Below are positions 39,401 to 52,900 of a DNA stretch of 64,000 bases, one piece after another (positions within the stretch are counted from its first letter, which is position 1; each line of letters opens with the position of its first letter). The translations under genes and the position numbers were made by a program. The DNA is from the human T2T-CHM13v2.0 reference genome, Homo sapiens. The notes under the pieces are model-generated. The model did no database searches, was not told the DNA's origin, and was given only the letters and a program-made list of their open reading frames with translations. The DNA lies in the NCBI RefSeq assembly GCF_009914755.1, contig NC_060946.1. One strand, given 5' to 3'.

Positions 39401-42400
39401 TGGAATGGATTGGAATGGAATGCAGTGGAATGGATTGGAGTGGAGTGGAGTGGAATGAAGTGGAGTGGAATGAAATGGAACAGAAAGGAATAGAGTGAAA
39501 TGGAGTGGATTGGAGTGGTATGAAAGGGAGTGGAATAGAGTTCAATTGAATGGAGTGGAATTTATTGGAGTGGAATGGAATGGAAAGAATGGAACGGAAC
39601 GGGATGGAATGGAGTGCAATTGAATGCAATGGAATGGAGTGCAATGGAGTGGAGTGGAGAGGAATGAATGGAATGGAATGGAATTTAATGGAGAGAATTG
39701 GAATGGAACGGAATGGAATGGAATGGAATGCAATGGAATGGAATGGAATGGAATGAATGGAAAGGAATGGAGTAGAATGCAATGGAATGCAGCGCAGTGG
39801 ACTGCAATGGAATGGAATGGAATGCAGTGGACTGTAATGGAATGGAATGGGGTGGAATGGAATTGGAATGGAATGGAAAGGAAAGGAGTGGAGTGGAATG
39901 GAATGGACAGCAGTGGAATGGAATGGAGAGGAGTGGAATGGAATGAAATGGAATGGAATGGAATGGAGTGGAGAGGAAAGGAATGAAGTGGAAACGAATA
40001 AAATGGTAAGGAATGGAATAGAGTGGAATGTAATGGAATGGAGAGGAGGGGCGTGGAGTGGATTGGAGAGGATTCGAATGGAATGGAATGGTATACAGAG
40101 GAATGGAATGGAGTGGAATGGAATGGAGTGGAATGGAATGCAATGGAACCGAGTGGGATGGAATGGAATGGAATTTAATGGATTGGAGTGGAATGTAGTG
40201 GAGTGGAATGGAATGGAAAGGAATGGAATGGAATGGAATCTATGGGAATGGAACAGAATGAAGTTGAGTGCAACGGAATGGAAAGGAATGGATTGGAAGG
40301 GAGTGGAGTGGAGTGCATCGGAGCAGAATGCAGTGGAATAGAATGGAGTGGAATTGAGAGCATTGGAGTGGAGTGGATTGGAATGTAGTGGAGTGGAATG
40401 CAATGGAATGGAATGGAAATGAACGGAATGGAATGTAGTGGAGTGAGGTAGAATGGAATGAAATGGAGTGAAGTGGAGTCGAGAGGAGTGGAGTGGAGTA
40501 GAATGGAGTGGAATGTAATGGGATGGAACGGAATGGAGTGGAATGTAACGCAATGGAATGGAATGGATTGGAAAGGAATGGAGTCGAATTGAGTGGAATT
40601 TAATGGAATGGAATGGAATCAATGGAAAGGAATGGAATGCAATGGAGTGGAATGGAGTGGAGTGTAGTCAAATGGAATGTAATGGAGCGGATTGAAATGG
40701 AATGAAATGGAAGGCAATGGAATGGATTCCAATGGAATGGAGTGGAATGGAATGGAGTGGAGTGGAATGGAGTGGAATGCAATGGAGGGTTATGGAATGG
40801 AATGGAATGGAGTGGAATGGAATACAGTGAAATGGAATGGAATGGAGTAGACTGGAGTGGACCGAGTGGAATTTAATGAAATGGAAAGGAATGGATGGAA
40901 TGGAGTGTATTGGAATTGCATGGAATGGAATGGAATGGAGTGAATTGGAATTTGATGGAATGTAATAGATTGGAGTGGAATGCAGTGGAGTGGAGTTGAC
41001 TGGAATGGAGTGGTGTGGTGCCGAATGGCATGGAACAGAATGAAATGGAATGAAATGGAAAGGAATAGAATGGAATGAAATGGAATGGAATGGAAAGGAA
41101 TGAAAAGGAACGGAATGAAATGGAATAGAATGCAATGAAATGGAATGGAAGGGAGGAAAAGGGAGTGGAGTGGAGTGGAGTGGAATGGAGTGGGAAGAAT
41201 GGAATGGAATGGAATGGAAGGGAATGGAATGGAATGGAAAGCAGTGGAATACAGTGGAGTGGAATGAAGTGAAATGGAGTGGAGAGGAATTGAGTGGAGC
41301 GGAGTGGAATGGAAAGGAGTGGAGTGTAATGGAAACAATGGAGTGGAGTGAATGGAAACAATTGAAAGGAATGGAAGGGAAAGGGATGGAGTGGAATGGA
41401 GTTGTTTGGAATAGACTTGAAAGGAAAGAATGGAATGGAACGGAATGGCAAGGAGTGCAATGGAATGGAGTGTAGTCAAATGGAATGGAATGCAATGGAA
41501 GGGAATTGGAGGGGATGGAATGGAATGGAGAAGACGGGAGTGGAGAGGAGGGGAGAGATATGAAATTGAATGGAATGGAGTGGAATGGAATGTAACGGAA
41601 TGAAATGGAATGCCGTGGAATGGAATAGAATGGAGTGCAGTGGAATGGAAAGGAATGGAATGGAATGGAATGGAATGGAATGGAATGGAATGGAGAGGAG
41701 GCTTGTGGAGTGGAATGGAATGGAATGAAATGGAATGGAATGGAGTGGAGTGGAGTGGAATGGAAAATAACAGAGAGGAATATAATAGAATTGAATGTCA
41801 TGGAATGGAATGGAATAGAGCAGAATGGAGTGGAATGGAATGAAAATGGAATCGAATGGAATGGGGAGGAATGGAGCAGATTGGAATGGAGTGGAATGGA
41901 AAGGAATGGAGGTGAAAGGAGTGGAGTGGTGTGGAATGGAATGGAATGCAGTGGAGTGGAATGGCATGAAAAGGAGTGGAGTGGAGTGAAATGGAATGGA
42001 ACGGAATGGAATGGAAAGGAATGAAATGGAATGGAGTGAAGTGGAATGGAATGGAACGGAAAGGAGAGGAATGGAGTGGAGTGGAGTGGAATGGAATGGA
42101 AATCAATGGAACGGAATGGGACGGAATGGAATGCAATGCAATGGAATGGAATTGAGTGGAGTAGAGTGGAGTGCAATGTAATGGAATCAGGTGGATTAGA
42201 GTACAATCCAACGGAATGGAATGGACATGAATGTAGTGGACTAGAGTGGAATGGAGTGGAATGGAATGGAATAGAATGGATTGGAATGGAGTGGAGGGGA
42301 ACAGAATGGAAGGGAATGGAATGGAATAGAATGGAATGCAATGGAATGGAGAGGATGGGAGAGGAGGGTAGCGGAGTGGAATTGAAGGGAATGGAATGGA

Positions 42401-43593
42401 AAGGTGAGAAGTCGAATAAAATAGAATGAAAACGAGTGTAATGGAGTGGACTGGATTGGAATGAAATGGATTGTAGTGGAATGGAATGGAATGGAAAGGA
42501 ATGGAATACAAGGGAATGGAATGGAAAGGAATGGAATTAAATGGAAGGGAATGGTGTGGAGTGGAGAGGAGTGGAATGGAATGGAATGCAATGGAATGGA
42601 GTAGAGTGGAAGGGAATGGAGTGCAGCCGAGTGAAATGGAGAGGAACGCAGTGGAGAGGAATAGAGTGGAATGAAGTGCAATGGAATATAATGGAATGGA
42701 ATGAAATGGAGTGAAGTGTAGTGGATTGGAAAGGCATGAAATGGAGTGGAATGGAATTGAGTGGAGTGGAGGGGAGTGGAGTGAAGTAGAGTGGAGTGGA
42801 GTGGAGTAGAATGGGGGTAAATGGAGTGGAATGGAATGGAATGGGGTGGAGTGGAATGGAAAGCGCTCTAATGGAATGAAGTGGAATGGAATGGAGGTGA
42901 GTGGAGAGGAATGGAAAAGAGAGTAGTGGAATGGAATGGAAAGGAATGGAATGGAGTGGAGTATAGTGGAATGGCGTGGAGAGGAATGGAATGTAATGGA
43001 ATAGAATGGAATGCAATTGAATGCAATGGATTGCAACTTAATGGAGTGAAATGGAGTGGAATGGTATGGAATTGAATGAAATGGCAAGGAGTGGAATGGA
43101 ATGGAATTGAATGAAATTGAATGGAGTGGAGTGGAGTGGAATGGAGTGGAATGCAATTTAGTCTAAGGGAAAAGATTGGAGTGTAATGGAAATGAATGGA
43201 ATGGAGTGGAATGTAATGGAATGCAAAGAAATGGAGTGTAATGGAGTGGAATGGAATGTAAAGGAATGGAATTGAATGGATTGGAATGCAATGGAATGAT
43301 ATGGAATGCAGTGGATTCTAGTGGAGTGCTGTGGAATGTAATGGAATGGAATGCAATTGAATGTAATGTAATGGAATGGAATGGAACGGAACAGAGTGGA
43401 AAGGAATGGAATGGAATCGAATGGATTGGAAAGTATAGGATTCGAGGGCAAAGGAATGAAATGGAGATGAATGTAATGCTATGGAAGAGATTGGGATGGA
43501 AAAGAATCTAATGGTATGGAGTGGAGTCGAGTGGAACGCAATGAAGTGTAGTGGAATGGATTGGAATGGAGTGGAATGCAATGGAAAGGAATG

Positions 43594-43670
43594 GAGTGGA
43601 ATGGAGAGGAATGGAATAGGATTGAGTGGAATGGAGAGGAATGGAATAGGATTGAGTGGAATGGAGAGGA
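43594..43670 (+). repeat. 30-bp tandem repeat (~2.5 copies)
   Basis: gagtggaatggagaggaatggaataggatt repeats with period 30. Confidence 0.85.
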
Positions 43671-44203
43671 TTGAGTTGGAGAGGAGTGAAATGGAATGGA
43701 ATGGAGTGGAATGGAATGGTATCAAAAGGAACGGAATGGAATGGACAGGAGTGGAGTGGTGTGGAGTGGGGTGGAATGGACTGAAATGGAATGGAATTGA
43801 AAGGAACAGTACGGAATGGAATGGAGTGGAGTAGAATGGAATGGTGTGGAATGGAGTGGAGTGGAGTGTAATGGAATGGAAGGGAGTGGAATGGAATGGA
43901 ATGGAATTGTGCGGGGTGGAATGGAATGGAGTGGAGTGGAATGGAATGGAATGGAACGGAAAGGAACGGAATGGAAAGGAACGGAGAGAAATGGAATGGA
44001 ATGGATTCGAATGTAATGGAACGGAATGGAACGGAATAGAATGGAATGAAATGCAGTAGAGGGGAGTGGAATGGAGTCAAGTGGAGTGGAAGGGAATGGA
44101 ATGGAATAAAATGGAATGGAATGCAATGCAATGAAATAGACTCGAATGGAATGGAATGGAATGGATTGGAATGGAATGCAATGGAATGGAATGGAATGGA
44201 ATG

Positions 44204-47200
44204 GAGTGGAATGGAATGGAATGGAATGGAGTGGAATGGAATGGAATGGAATGGAATGGAATGGAAGGGAATGGAACGGAATGGAATGGAAAGGAGCAGA
44301 GTGGATTGGAGTGGAACAGAATGGAATGGAATGGAATGGAATAAAAGAGTGGAGGAGTGAAGTAGAGTGGAGTGCAGTACAGTAAACTGGAATGGAATGG
44401 AATGGAATGAAATGGAATGGAGAGGAGTATAGTGGAATAGAATGGAATGGAGTGGATTGGAGTGGAATGGAGTGGAATGCACTGGAGTGGAATGGAATGT
44501 AGTGGAATGGAATACTGTGGGATGGAGTATAGTGGAGTGCAATGGAATTGAATGTAATGAAGTGAAGCGGAATGGAGTGGAATGGAGTCGAGTGGAGTGG
44601 AATGGAATGGGAGGGAATGAAATGGAATGGAATGGAATGGAATCGAATGGAATGGAATGGAATGAAAAGGAATGGAACGGAATAGAATGGAACGGAATGG
44701 AATGGAAAGTGTGGAGTGGAGTGGTGTGGAATGTAATTGAATGCAATGGAGTGGAATGGAATAAAACAGAGTGGAATGGCATGGAATGGAGTGGAAAGGA
44801 GTCTCATTGAATAGAATGGAGTCTAATGGAATGGATTGGAATGGAGTGCATTGGAACGGAATGGAATGGAATGGAATGGAATTAAATGGAATGGAATGGA
44901 ACGGAATGGAATGGAATGCAATGGAATGGAATGGAGTTGAGTGCAATGGAATTGAATGGAATGGAACGGAATGGAGTGGACTGGAAAGGAATGGATTGGA
45001 GTAGAGTGGAATGGAATGGAATGGAATAAACTGTAATGGAATGGATCAGATTGGAGTCGAGAGGAGTGGAATGGAATGTAATGGAACAGAACGGAACGGA
45101 CTGGAATGGAATGGAATAGAGGAGCGAAGGAGTGAAAGAGTGTGGTGGGCACAGCAGTAGACTGGAATGTAATGGAATGGAATGGAATGAAATGGATGGG
45201 AGTGGAGTGGAGTGGAATAGAATGGAATGGAGTGGAGTGGAGTGGAATGGAGTGGAATGCAGTGAAGTGGAATGGAATAGAGTGGATTGGAGTAAATTAG
45301 AGTGCAATGGAATTGATTGTAATGTAGTGAAGTGGAATGGAGTGGAATGGAATGGAGTGGAATGGAATGGAATGGAATGGAGTGGAATGGAATGGAATGG
45401 AATGAATTAAATGGAATTGAATTGAATGGATTGGAATGGAATGAAATGGAATGGAACAGAATGAAATGGAATGGAAGGGAATGAAAAGTAAAGGAATGGA
45501 ATGGAAAGGAATGGAAAGGAATGGAATGGAATGGAATGGAATGGAATGGAATGGAATGGAATGGAATGCAATGAAGCAGAAAGGAATGAAAAGGAATGGA
45601 ATGGTATCCAATGGAATGGAATGAAAAGGAATGGAATGGAATGGAATGGAATGGAATGGAATGGAATGGAACGGAACGGAACGGAACAGAACGGAATGGA
45701 ATGAAGTGGAATGGAATGGAATGGAATGAAGAGTAAAGGAATGCAATGGAATGACATGGAATGGAATGGAATAGAATGGAGTGGAGAGTAGTGGAATGGA
45801 ATGGAATGGAGTGAAGCGGAGTGGAGAGGAGTGTAGTGGAAAGGAGTGGAATGGAGTGGAATGGAATGGAGTGGAGGGGAATGGAATGGAGTGGAATGGA
45901 ATGGATTGGAACAGAGTGGATTGAAGTGGAGTGGAATTAAATGTTTTGGAGTGCAGTGGAATGGAAAAGACTGGATTGTAGTGGAGTGTTAAGGAATGGA
46001 ATTGAGTGGAGAGGAATTGAATGAAATGGCGTGGATAGGAATGGAGTGGAAGGGAATGGAGTGGAATGGTAAGGAATGGAATTGATTGGAATGACAAGCA
46101 ATGGAATGGAATGGACTGGAGTGGAATGGAATGGAAAGGAATGCAATGGAAAGGAATGGAATACAATGGAATGGAATGGAATTGGACGGAGTAGAGTGGA
46201 GTGTAGTGGAAAGGATTAATATGGAATGGAATGGAACTGTATGTAATGGAATTTAATAGAGGAGCGGAGGAGTGGAGTAGAGTGTAGTACAGTTGAGTGG
46301 ACTTCAATAGCGTGGAATGTCATGGAGTAAACCGTAACGGAATGGAGTAGAGTGGAATGGAATGGAGTGGAGTTTAGTGGAATGGAGTGGAATGAAGTGT
46401 GGTGGAATGGAATGGAATGAAATGGAATGGAGTGGAGTGGAATGGAGTGGAGTTGAATAGAGTGGAGTTGATAGGAAGGCAGTGGAATGGAATAGAGTGG
46501 AATGGAGTGGAGTGGAGTGGAATGGAATTGAGTGGAATGAAGTGAAGTGGAATTTAGTAAAATGGAGTGGAGAGGAATGGAATGGAATGGAATGGATTGA
46601 AATGGAAGGAAATGGAATGGAATGGAATGGAATAGAATGGAATGGAACGGAGTGGAGTGGAATGAAGTGGACTGCAGTGGAATGGAATGGATTGGAGTGG
46701 AGTTGAATGGGATGGAATGAAATGGAATGGAATGGAATGGAATGGAATGGAATGGAACGGAATGGAATGGAATGCAGTGGAATGGAATAGATTGGAGTTG
46801 CTTAGAGTGGATTGGAATAGAATGCAATGGATTGGATTGGAATGGAATGGAAGGGAATGGTATGGAATGAAAGGGAATGGAATGGAATGGAAAGGAATGG
46901 AATAGAGTGGAAGGAATTGAGAGGAATGAAGAAAAGTGGAATGGAGTAGGATGGAGTGGAGAGGAATGGAATGGTATGTAATGGAACGTAATAGAATAGA
47001 ATGGAGTGGATTGGAGTGGAATGGAATGGAATGGAGTGGAGAGGAATGGAGTGGAACAGAGTGGAATGGAGAGGAATGCAACGGAGATGAGTGGAAGGGA
47101 GTGGAGTTGTATGTAATGCAGTGGAACGGAATGGTTTGGAGTGGACTGTAATGGAATGGATTGGTGTGGAGTAGAATTGAATGGTGTGGAGTGGAGTGGA

Positions 47201-49933
47201 ATGGAATATACTGGATTGTAGTGAAGTGTAATGAACTGGAATTGAGTGGAGTACAACGAAATGGAATGGAGTGAATTCGAATAGAGTTGAATGTAATGGA
47301 GTGGAAGGAAATAGACTGGATTGTAGTGGAGTGTAACGGAATGGAATTGGGTGGAGTGCAATGCAATGGAATGGAGTGAATTGGAATGGAGTGGAAAGGA
47401 ATAGAGTGGAATGGAATGGAATGGAATGGAAAAGAAAGTAGTGGAAAGGAAAGGAATGGAGTCGAATGGAATGGAATGGAAAGTAATGGAATTGAATGGA
47501 ATGTAGTGGAGTGCAATGGAATGGAATGGAATGGAGAGGAGGGGATTGGATTGGAGTAGAGTATAGTGGAATGCAATGGCATGGAACACAATGCAATGGA
47601 ATGGAATGGAATGGAATGGAATACTAAAGAATGGTATGGAGTGAAGTGGAATTCAAAGGAATTTAATGCAGTGGGATGGAGTGGAGAGGAATGGAATGGA
47701 ACGGAATAGAGTGGCATGGAATGGAACAGAAAGGAATGGATTGGAATGGAATGGAATGGAATGGAGTGGATTGTTGTGGAATGGAATGGAGTGGAGTGGA
47801 ATGGAATGGAGTGGAGTGGAACGGAATGGAATAGAATGGTATGGAATGCAATGGCATGGAATATAGTATATTGGAGTGGAGTGAATTTGAGAGGAATGGA
47901 ATGGAAAGAAATGGAATGTAGTGGAGTGGAGTGGTGTGGAGTGGAATGGAATGGAATGGAAGGGAATGGAGTGGAATGGAATGGAGAGCCACGGAATGAA
48001 GTCAAATGAAATGGAGTGGAATGGAATAAAATGAAATGGAGTGGAGTGGAATAGAATGGAATGGTATGGAATGGAGTTGAGTGGCAATGAACGGAAGGGA
48101 ATGGAATAGAATGAAATGGAGTGGAGTGGAGAGGACTGGAGTGGAATGGAAAGGAGTGTAATGGAGAGGAGTAGAATGGAGTGGAGTTGAATGGAATGGA
48201 GTGGAATGTAATGATGTGGAATGAAATTCAGTGGGTTGGAGTGGAATGAAATGGAATGGAATGAAATGGAGTGGGGTGGAGGGAAATGGAATTGATTGGA
48301 GTGGAATAGAATGGAATGGAATATAGTGGAGTAGAGGGGAGTGGTGTTGAGAAGATGGTAATTGAATGGAATGGAATGGAGTGGAGTGGAATGGGGTAGA
48401 GTGGAATGGAAATGAATGGAAAGGAACGGAATGGAGTGGACTGGAGATGAATGGAATGGAGTAGAGTGCAATGGAATGGAAAGGAATAAATGGAAATGGA
48501 ATGGATTGGAGTGGAGTAGAGTGGAGTGGAATGGAAAGGAATGGAATGGAAAGGAGTAGAGTGGATTGGAGTGGAATGGAATGGAATGCAATGGAATGGA
48601 ATGGACTGAAATGGAATGGAATAGGGGAGCAGAGGAGTGAAGTAGAGTGGAGTGCAGGGCAGTAGACTGGAACGGAATGAAATGTAATGGAATGAGATGG
48701 AATGGAGTGGAGTGGAGTGGAATAGAATGGAATGGATTGGAGTGGAGTGGAATGGAGTGGAACGTAGAGGAGTGGAACGGAATGGAGTGGAATGGAATAG
48801 AGAGAAATGGAGTAAAGTGGAGTGCAATGGAATTGAGTGTAATGAAGTGAAGTGCAATGGAGTGGAATGGAGTGGAGTGGAATGGTAAAGAATGGAATGG
48901 AACGGAATGGATGAAATGGAATTGAATGGAATGGAATGGAATGGAATGAAATTCAATGGAATAGAATGAAATGGAATGGATTGGAATGGAATGGAATGGA
49001 AAGGAATGGAATGGAATGAAATGGAATGGAATTGACTGAAATTGAATGGAATGGAACGGAATTGAAGGGAATGGAATGGAGTTGAACGGAATGGAAGGGA
49101 ATGGAATGGAATGGAAAGAAAAGGATTGGAATGGAATGGAATGGAATGTAAAGGAATGGAGCGAAGTGGAATGGAATGGAATGGAATGGAGCGGAATGGA
49201 ATGGAATGGAATGGAGTGGAATGGAATGGAATGGAATGGAATGGAATGGAATGGAGTGTAATGGAATGGAATGGAACAACGTGGAATGAAATCGAAAGGA
49301 GTGGAGAGTAGTGGAATGGAATGGAATGGAGTGGAGCGGACTGGAGAGGAATGTAGTGGAATGGAGTGAAATGGAGTGGAATGGAATGTAGTGGAGTGGA
49401 ATGGAATGGAGCAGAATGGAATGGAATGGAATGGAATGGATTGAAGTGGAGTGGAATTGAATGTTGTGAGGTGCAGTGGAATGGAATACACTGGATTGTA
49501 GTGGAGTGTAATGGAATGGAATTGAGTGGAGTGGAATCGAATTTAATACAGTGAATTCGAATGGAGTGGAAAGGAATGGAGTGGAAACGTAAGAAATGCA
49601 ACGGTATGTAATGACACGCAATGAAATGCAATGGACTGGAGTGGAATGGAATGGAATGGAATGGAATGGAATGGAATAGAGTGGAGTGAAGTGGAGTGGA
49701 GTCGAATGACATGGAGTGGAATGGGGTGGAGTGGAATCGAGTGGAGTGGAATGGAATGGAGTGGGATGGAATGGAATGGAGTGGATTTGAATGGAATGGA
49801 GTGGAGTGTAATGCTATGTAATGCAGTGGAATGGAATGGAGTGGGGTGGAATTTAATGGAGTGGATTGGAATGGAGTGGAGTGGAGTGTAATGCTATATA
49901 ATGCAGTGGAATGGAATGTTGTGGAGTGTAGTA
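44204..49933 (+). repeat. 5.73-kb higher-order repeat, copy 1 (5730 bp)
   Basis: Unique markers gtctcattga (44801), ggagcgaagg (45121), gagccacgga (47986) and acaacgtgga (49276) recur 5725-5730 bp downstream. Confidence 0.95.
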
Positions 49934-52900
49934 GAGTGGAATGGAATGGAATGGAATGGAGTGGAATGGAATGGAATGGAATGGAATGGAAGGGAATGGA
50001 ACGGAATGGAATGGAAAGGAGCAGAGTGGATTGGAGTGGAACAGAATGGAATGGAATGGAATGGAATAAAAGAGTGGAGGAGTGAAGTAGAGTGGAGTGC
50101 AGTACAGTAAACTGGAATGGAATGGAATGGAATGAAATGGAATGGAGAGGAGTATAGTGGAATAGAATGGAATGGAGTGGATTGGAGTGGAATGGAGTGG
50201 AATGCACTGGAGTGGAATGGAATGTAGTGGAATGGAATACTGTGGGATGGAGTATAGTGGAGTGCAATGGAATTGAATGTAATGAAGTGAAGCGGAATGG
50301 AGTGGAATGGAGTCGAGTGGAGTGGAATGGAATGGGAGGGAATGAAATGGAATGGAATGGAATGGAATCGAATGGAATGGAATGGAATGAAAAGGAATGG
50401 AACGGAATAGAATGGAACGGAATGGAATGGAAAGTGTGGAGTGGAGTGGTGTGGAATGTAATTGAATGCAATGGAGTGGAATGGAATAAAACAGAGTGGA
50501 ATGGCATGGAATGGAGTGGAAAGGAGTCTCATTGAATAGAATGGAGTCTAATGGAATGGATTGGAATGGAGTGCATTGGAACGGAATGGAATGGAATGGA
50601 ATGGAATTAAATGGAATGGAATGGAACGGAATGGAATGGAATGCAATGGAATGGAATGGAGTTGAGTGCAATGGAATTGAATGGAATGGAACGGAATGGA
50701 GTGGACTGGAAAGGAATGGATTGGAGTAGAGTGGAATGGAATGGAATGGAATAAACTGTAATGGAATGGATCAGATTGGAGTCGAGAGGAGTGGAATGGA
50801 ATGTAATGGAACAGAACGGAACGGACTGGAATGGAATGGAATAGAGGAGCGAAGGAGTGAAAGAGTGTGGTGGGCACAGCAGTAGACTGGAATGTAATGG
50901 AATGGAATGGAATGAAATGGATGGGAGTGGAGTGGAGTGGAATAGAATGGAATGGAGTGGAGTGGAGTGGAATGGAGTGGAATGCAGTGAAGTGGAATGG
51001 AATAGAGTGGATTGGAGTAAATTAGAGTGCAATGGAATTGATTGTAATGTAGTGAAGTGGAATGGAGTGGAATGGAATGGAGTGGAATGGAATGGAATGG
51101 AATGGAGTGGAATGGAATGGAATGGAATGAATTAAATGGAATTGAATTGAATGGATTGGAATGGAATGAAATGGAATGGAACAGAATGAAATGGAATGGA
51201 AGGGAATGAAAAGTAAAGGAATGGAATGGAAAGGAATGGAAAGGAATGGAATGGAATGGAATGGAATGGAATGGAATGGAATGGAATGGAATGCAATGAA
51301 GCAGAAAGGAATGAAAAGGAATGGAATGGTATCCAATGGAATGGAATGAAAAGGAATGGAATGGAATGGAATGGAATGGAATGGAATGGAATGGAATGGA
51401 ACGGAACGGAACGGAACAGAACGGAATGGAATGAAGTGGAATGGAATGGAATGGAATGAAGAGTAAAGGAATGCAATGGAATGACATGGAATGGAATGGA
51501 ATAGAATGGAGTGGAGAGTAGTGGAATGGAATGGAATGGAGTGAAGCGGAGTGGAGAGGAGTGTAGTGGAAAGGAGTGGAATGGAGTGGAATGGAATGGA
51601 GTGGAGGGGAATGGAATGGAGTGGAATGGAATGGATTGGAACAGAGTGGATTGAAGTGGAGTGGAATTAAATGTTTTGGAGTGCAGTGGAATGGAAAAGA
51701 CTGGATTGTAGTGGAGTGTTAAGGAATGGAATTGAGTGGAGAGGAATTGAATGAAATGGCGTGGATAGGAATGGAGTGGAAGGGAATGGAGTGGAATGGT
51801 AAGGAATGGAATTGATTGGAATGACAAGCAATGGAATGGAATGGACTGGAGTGGAATGGAATGGAAAGGAATGCAATGGAAAGGAATGGAATACAATGGA
51901 ATGGAATGGAATTGGACGGAGTAGAGTGGAGTGTAGTGGAAAGGATTAATATGGAATGGAATGGAACTGTATGTAATGGAATTTAATAGAGGAGCGGAGG
52001 AGTGGAGTAGAGTGTAGTACAGTTGAGTGGACTTCAATAGCGTGGAATGTCATGGAGTAAACCGTAACGGAATGGAGTAGAGTGGAATGGAATGGAGTGG
52101 AGTTTAGTGGAATGGAGTGGAATGAAGTGTGGTGGAATGGAATGGAATGAAATGGAATGGAGTGGAGTGGAATGGAGTGGAGTTGAATAGAGTGGAGTTG
52201 ATAGGAAGGCAGTGGAATGGAATAGAGTGGAATGGAGTGGAGTGGAGTGGAATGGAATTGAGTGGAATGAAGTGAAGTGGAATTTAGTAAAATGGAGTGG
52301 AGAGGAATGGAATGGAATGGAATGGATTGAAATGGAAGGAAATGGAATGGAATGGAATGGAATAGAATGGAATGGAACGGAGTGGAGTGGAATGAAGTGG
52401 ACTGCAGTGGAATGGAATGGATTGGAGTGGAGTTGAATGGGATGGAATGAAATGGAATGGAATGGAATGGAATGGAATGGAATGGAACGGAATGGAATGG
52501 AATGCAGTGGAATGGAATAGATTGGAGTTGCTTAGAGTGGATTGGAATAGAATGCAATGGATTGGATTGGAATGGAATGGAAGGGAATGGTATGGAATGA
52601 AAGGGAATGGAATGGAATGGAAAGGAATGGAATAGAGTGGAAGGAATTGAGAGGAATGAAGAAAAGTGGAATGGAGTAGGATGGAGTGGAGAGGAATGGA
52701 ATGGTATGTAATGGAACGTAATAGAATAGAATGGAGTGGATTGGAGTGGAATGGAATGGAATGGAGTGGAGAGGAATGGAGTGGAACAGAGTGGAATGGA
52801 GAGGAATGCAACGGAGATGAGTGGAAGGGAGTGGAGTTGTATGTAATGCAGTGGAACGGAATGGTTTGGAGTGGACTGTAATGGAATGGATTGGTGTGGA

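Noticed and set aside
49585-49620. Non-consensus-looking stretch aacgtaagaaatgcaacggtatgtaatgacacgca as a foreign insert
   Set aside because: It stays in pentamer phase and parses as diverged GGAAT units; it is repeated only because it lies in the 5.73-kb unit.
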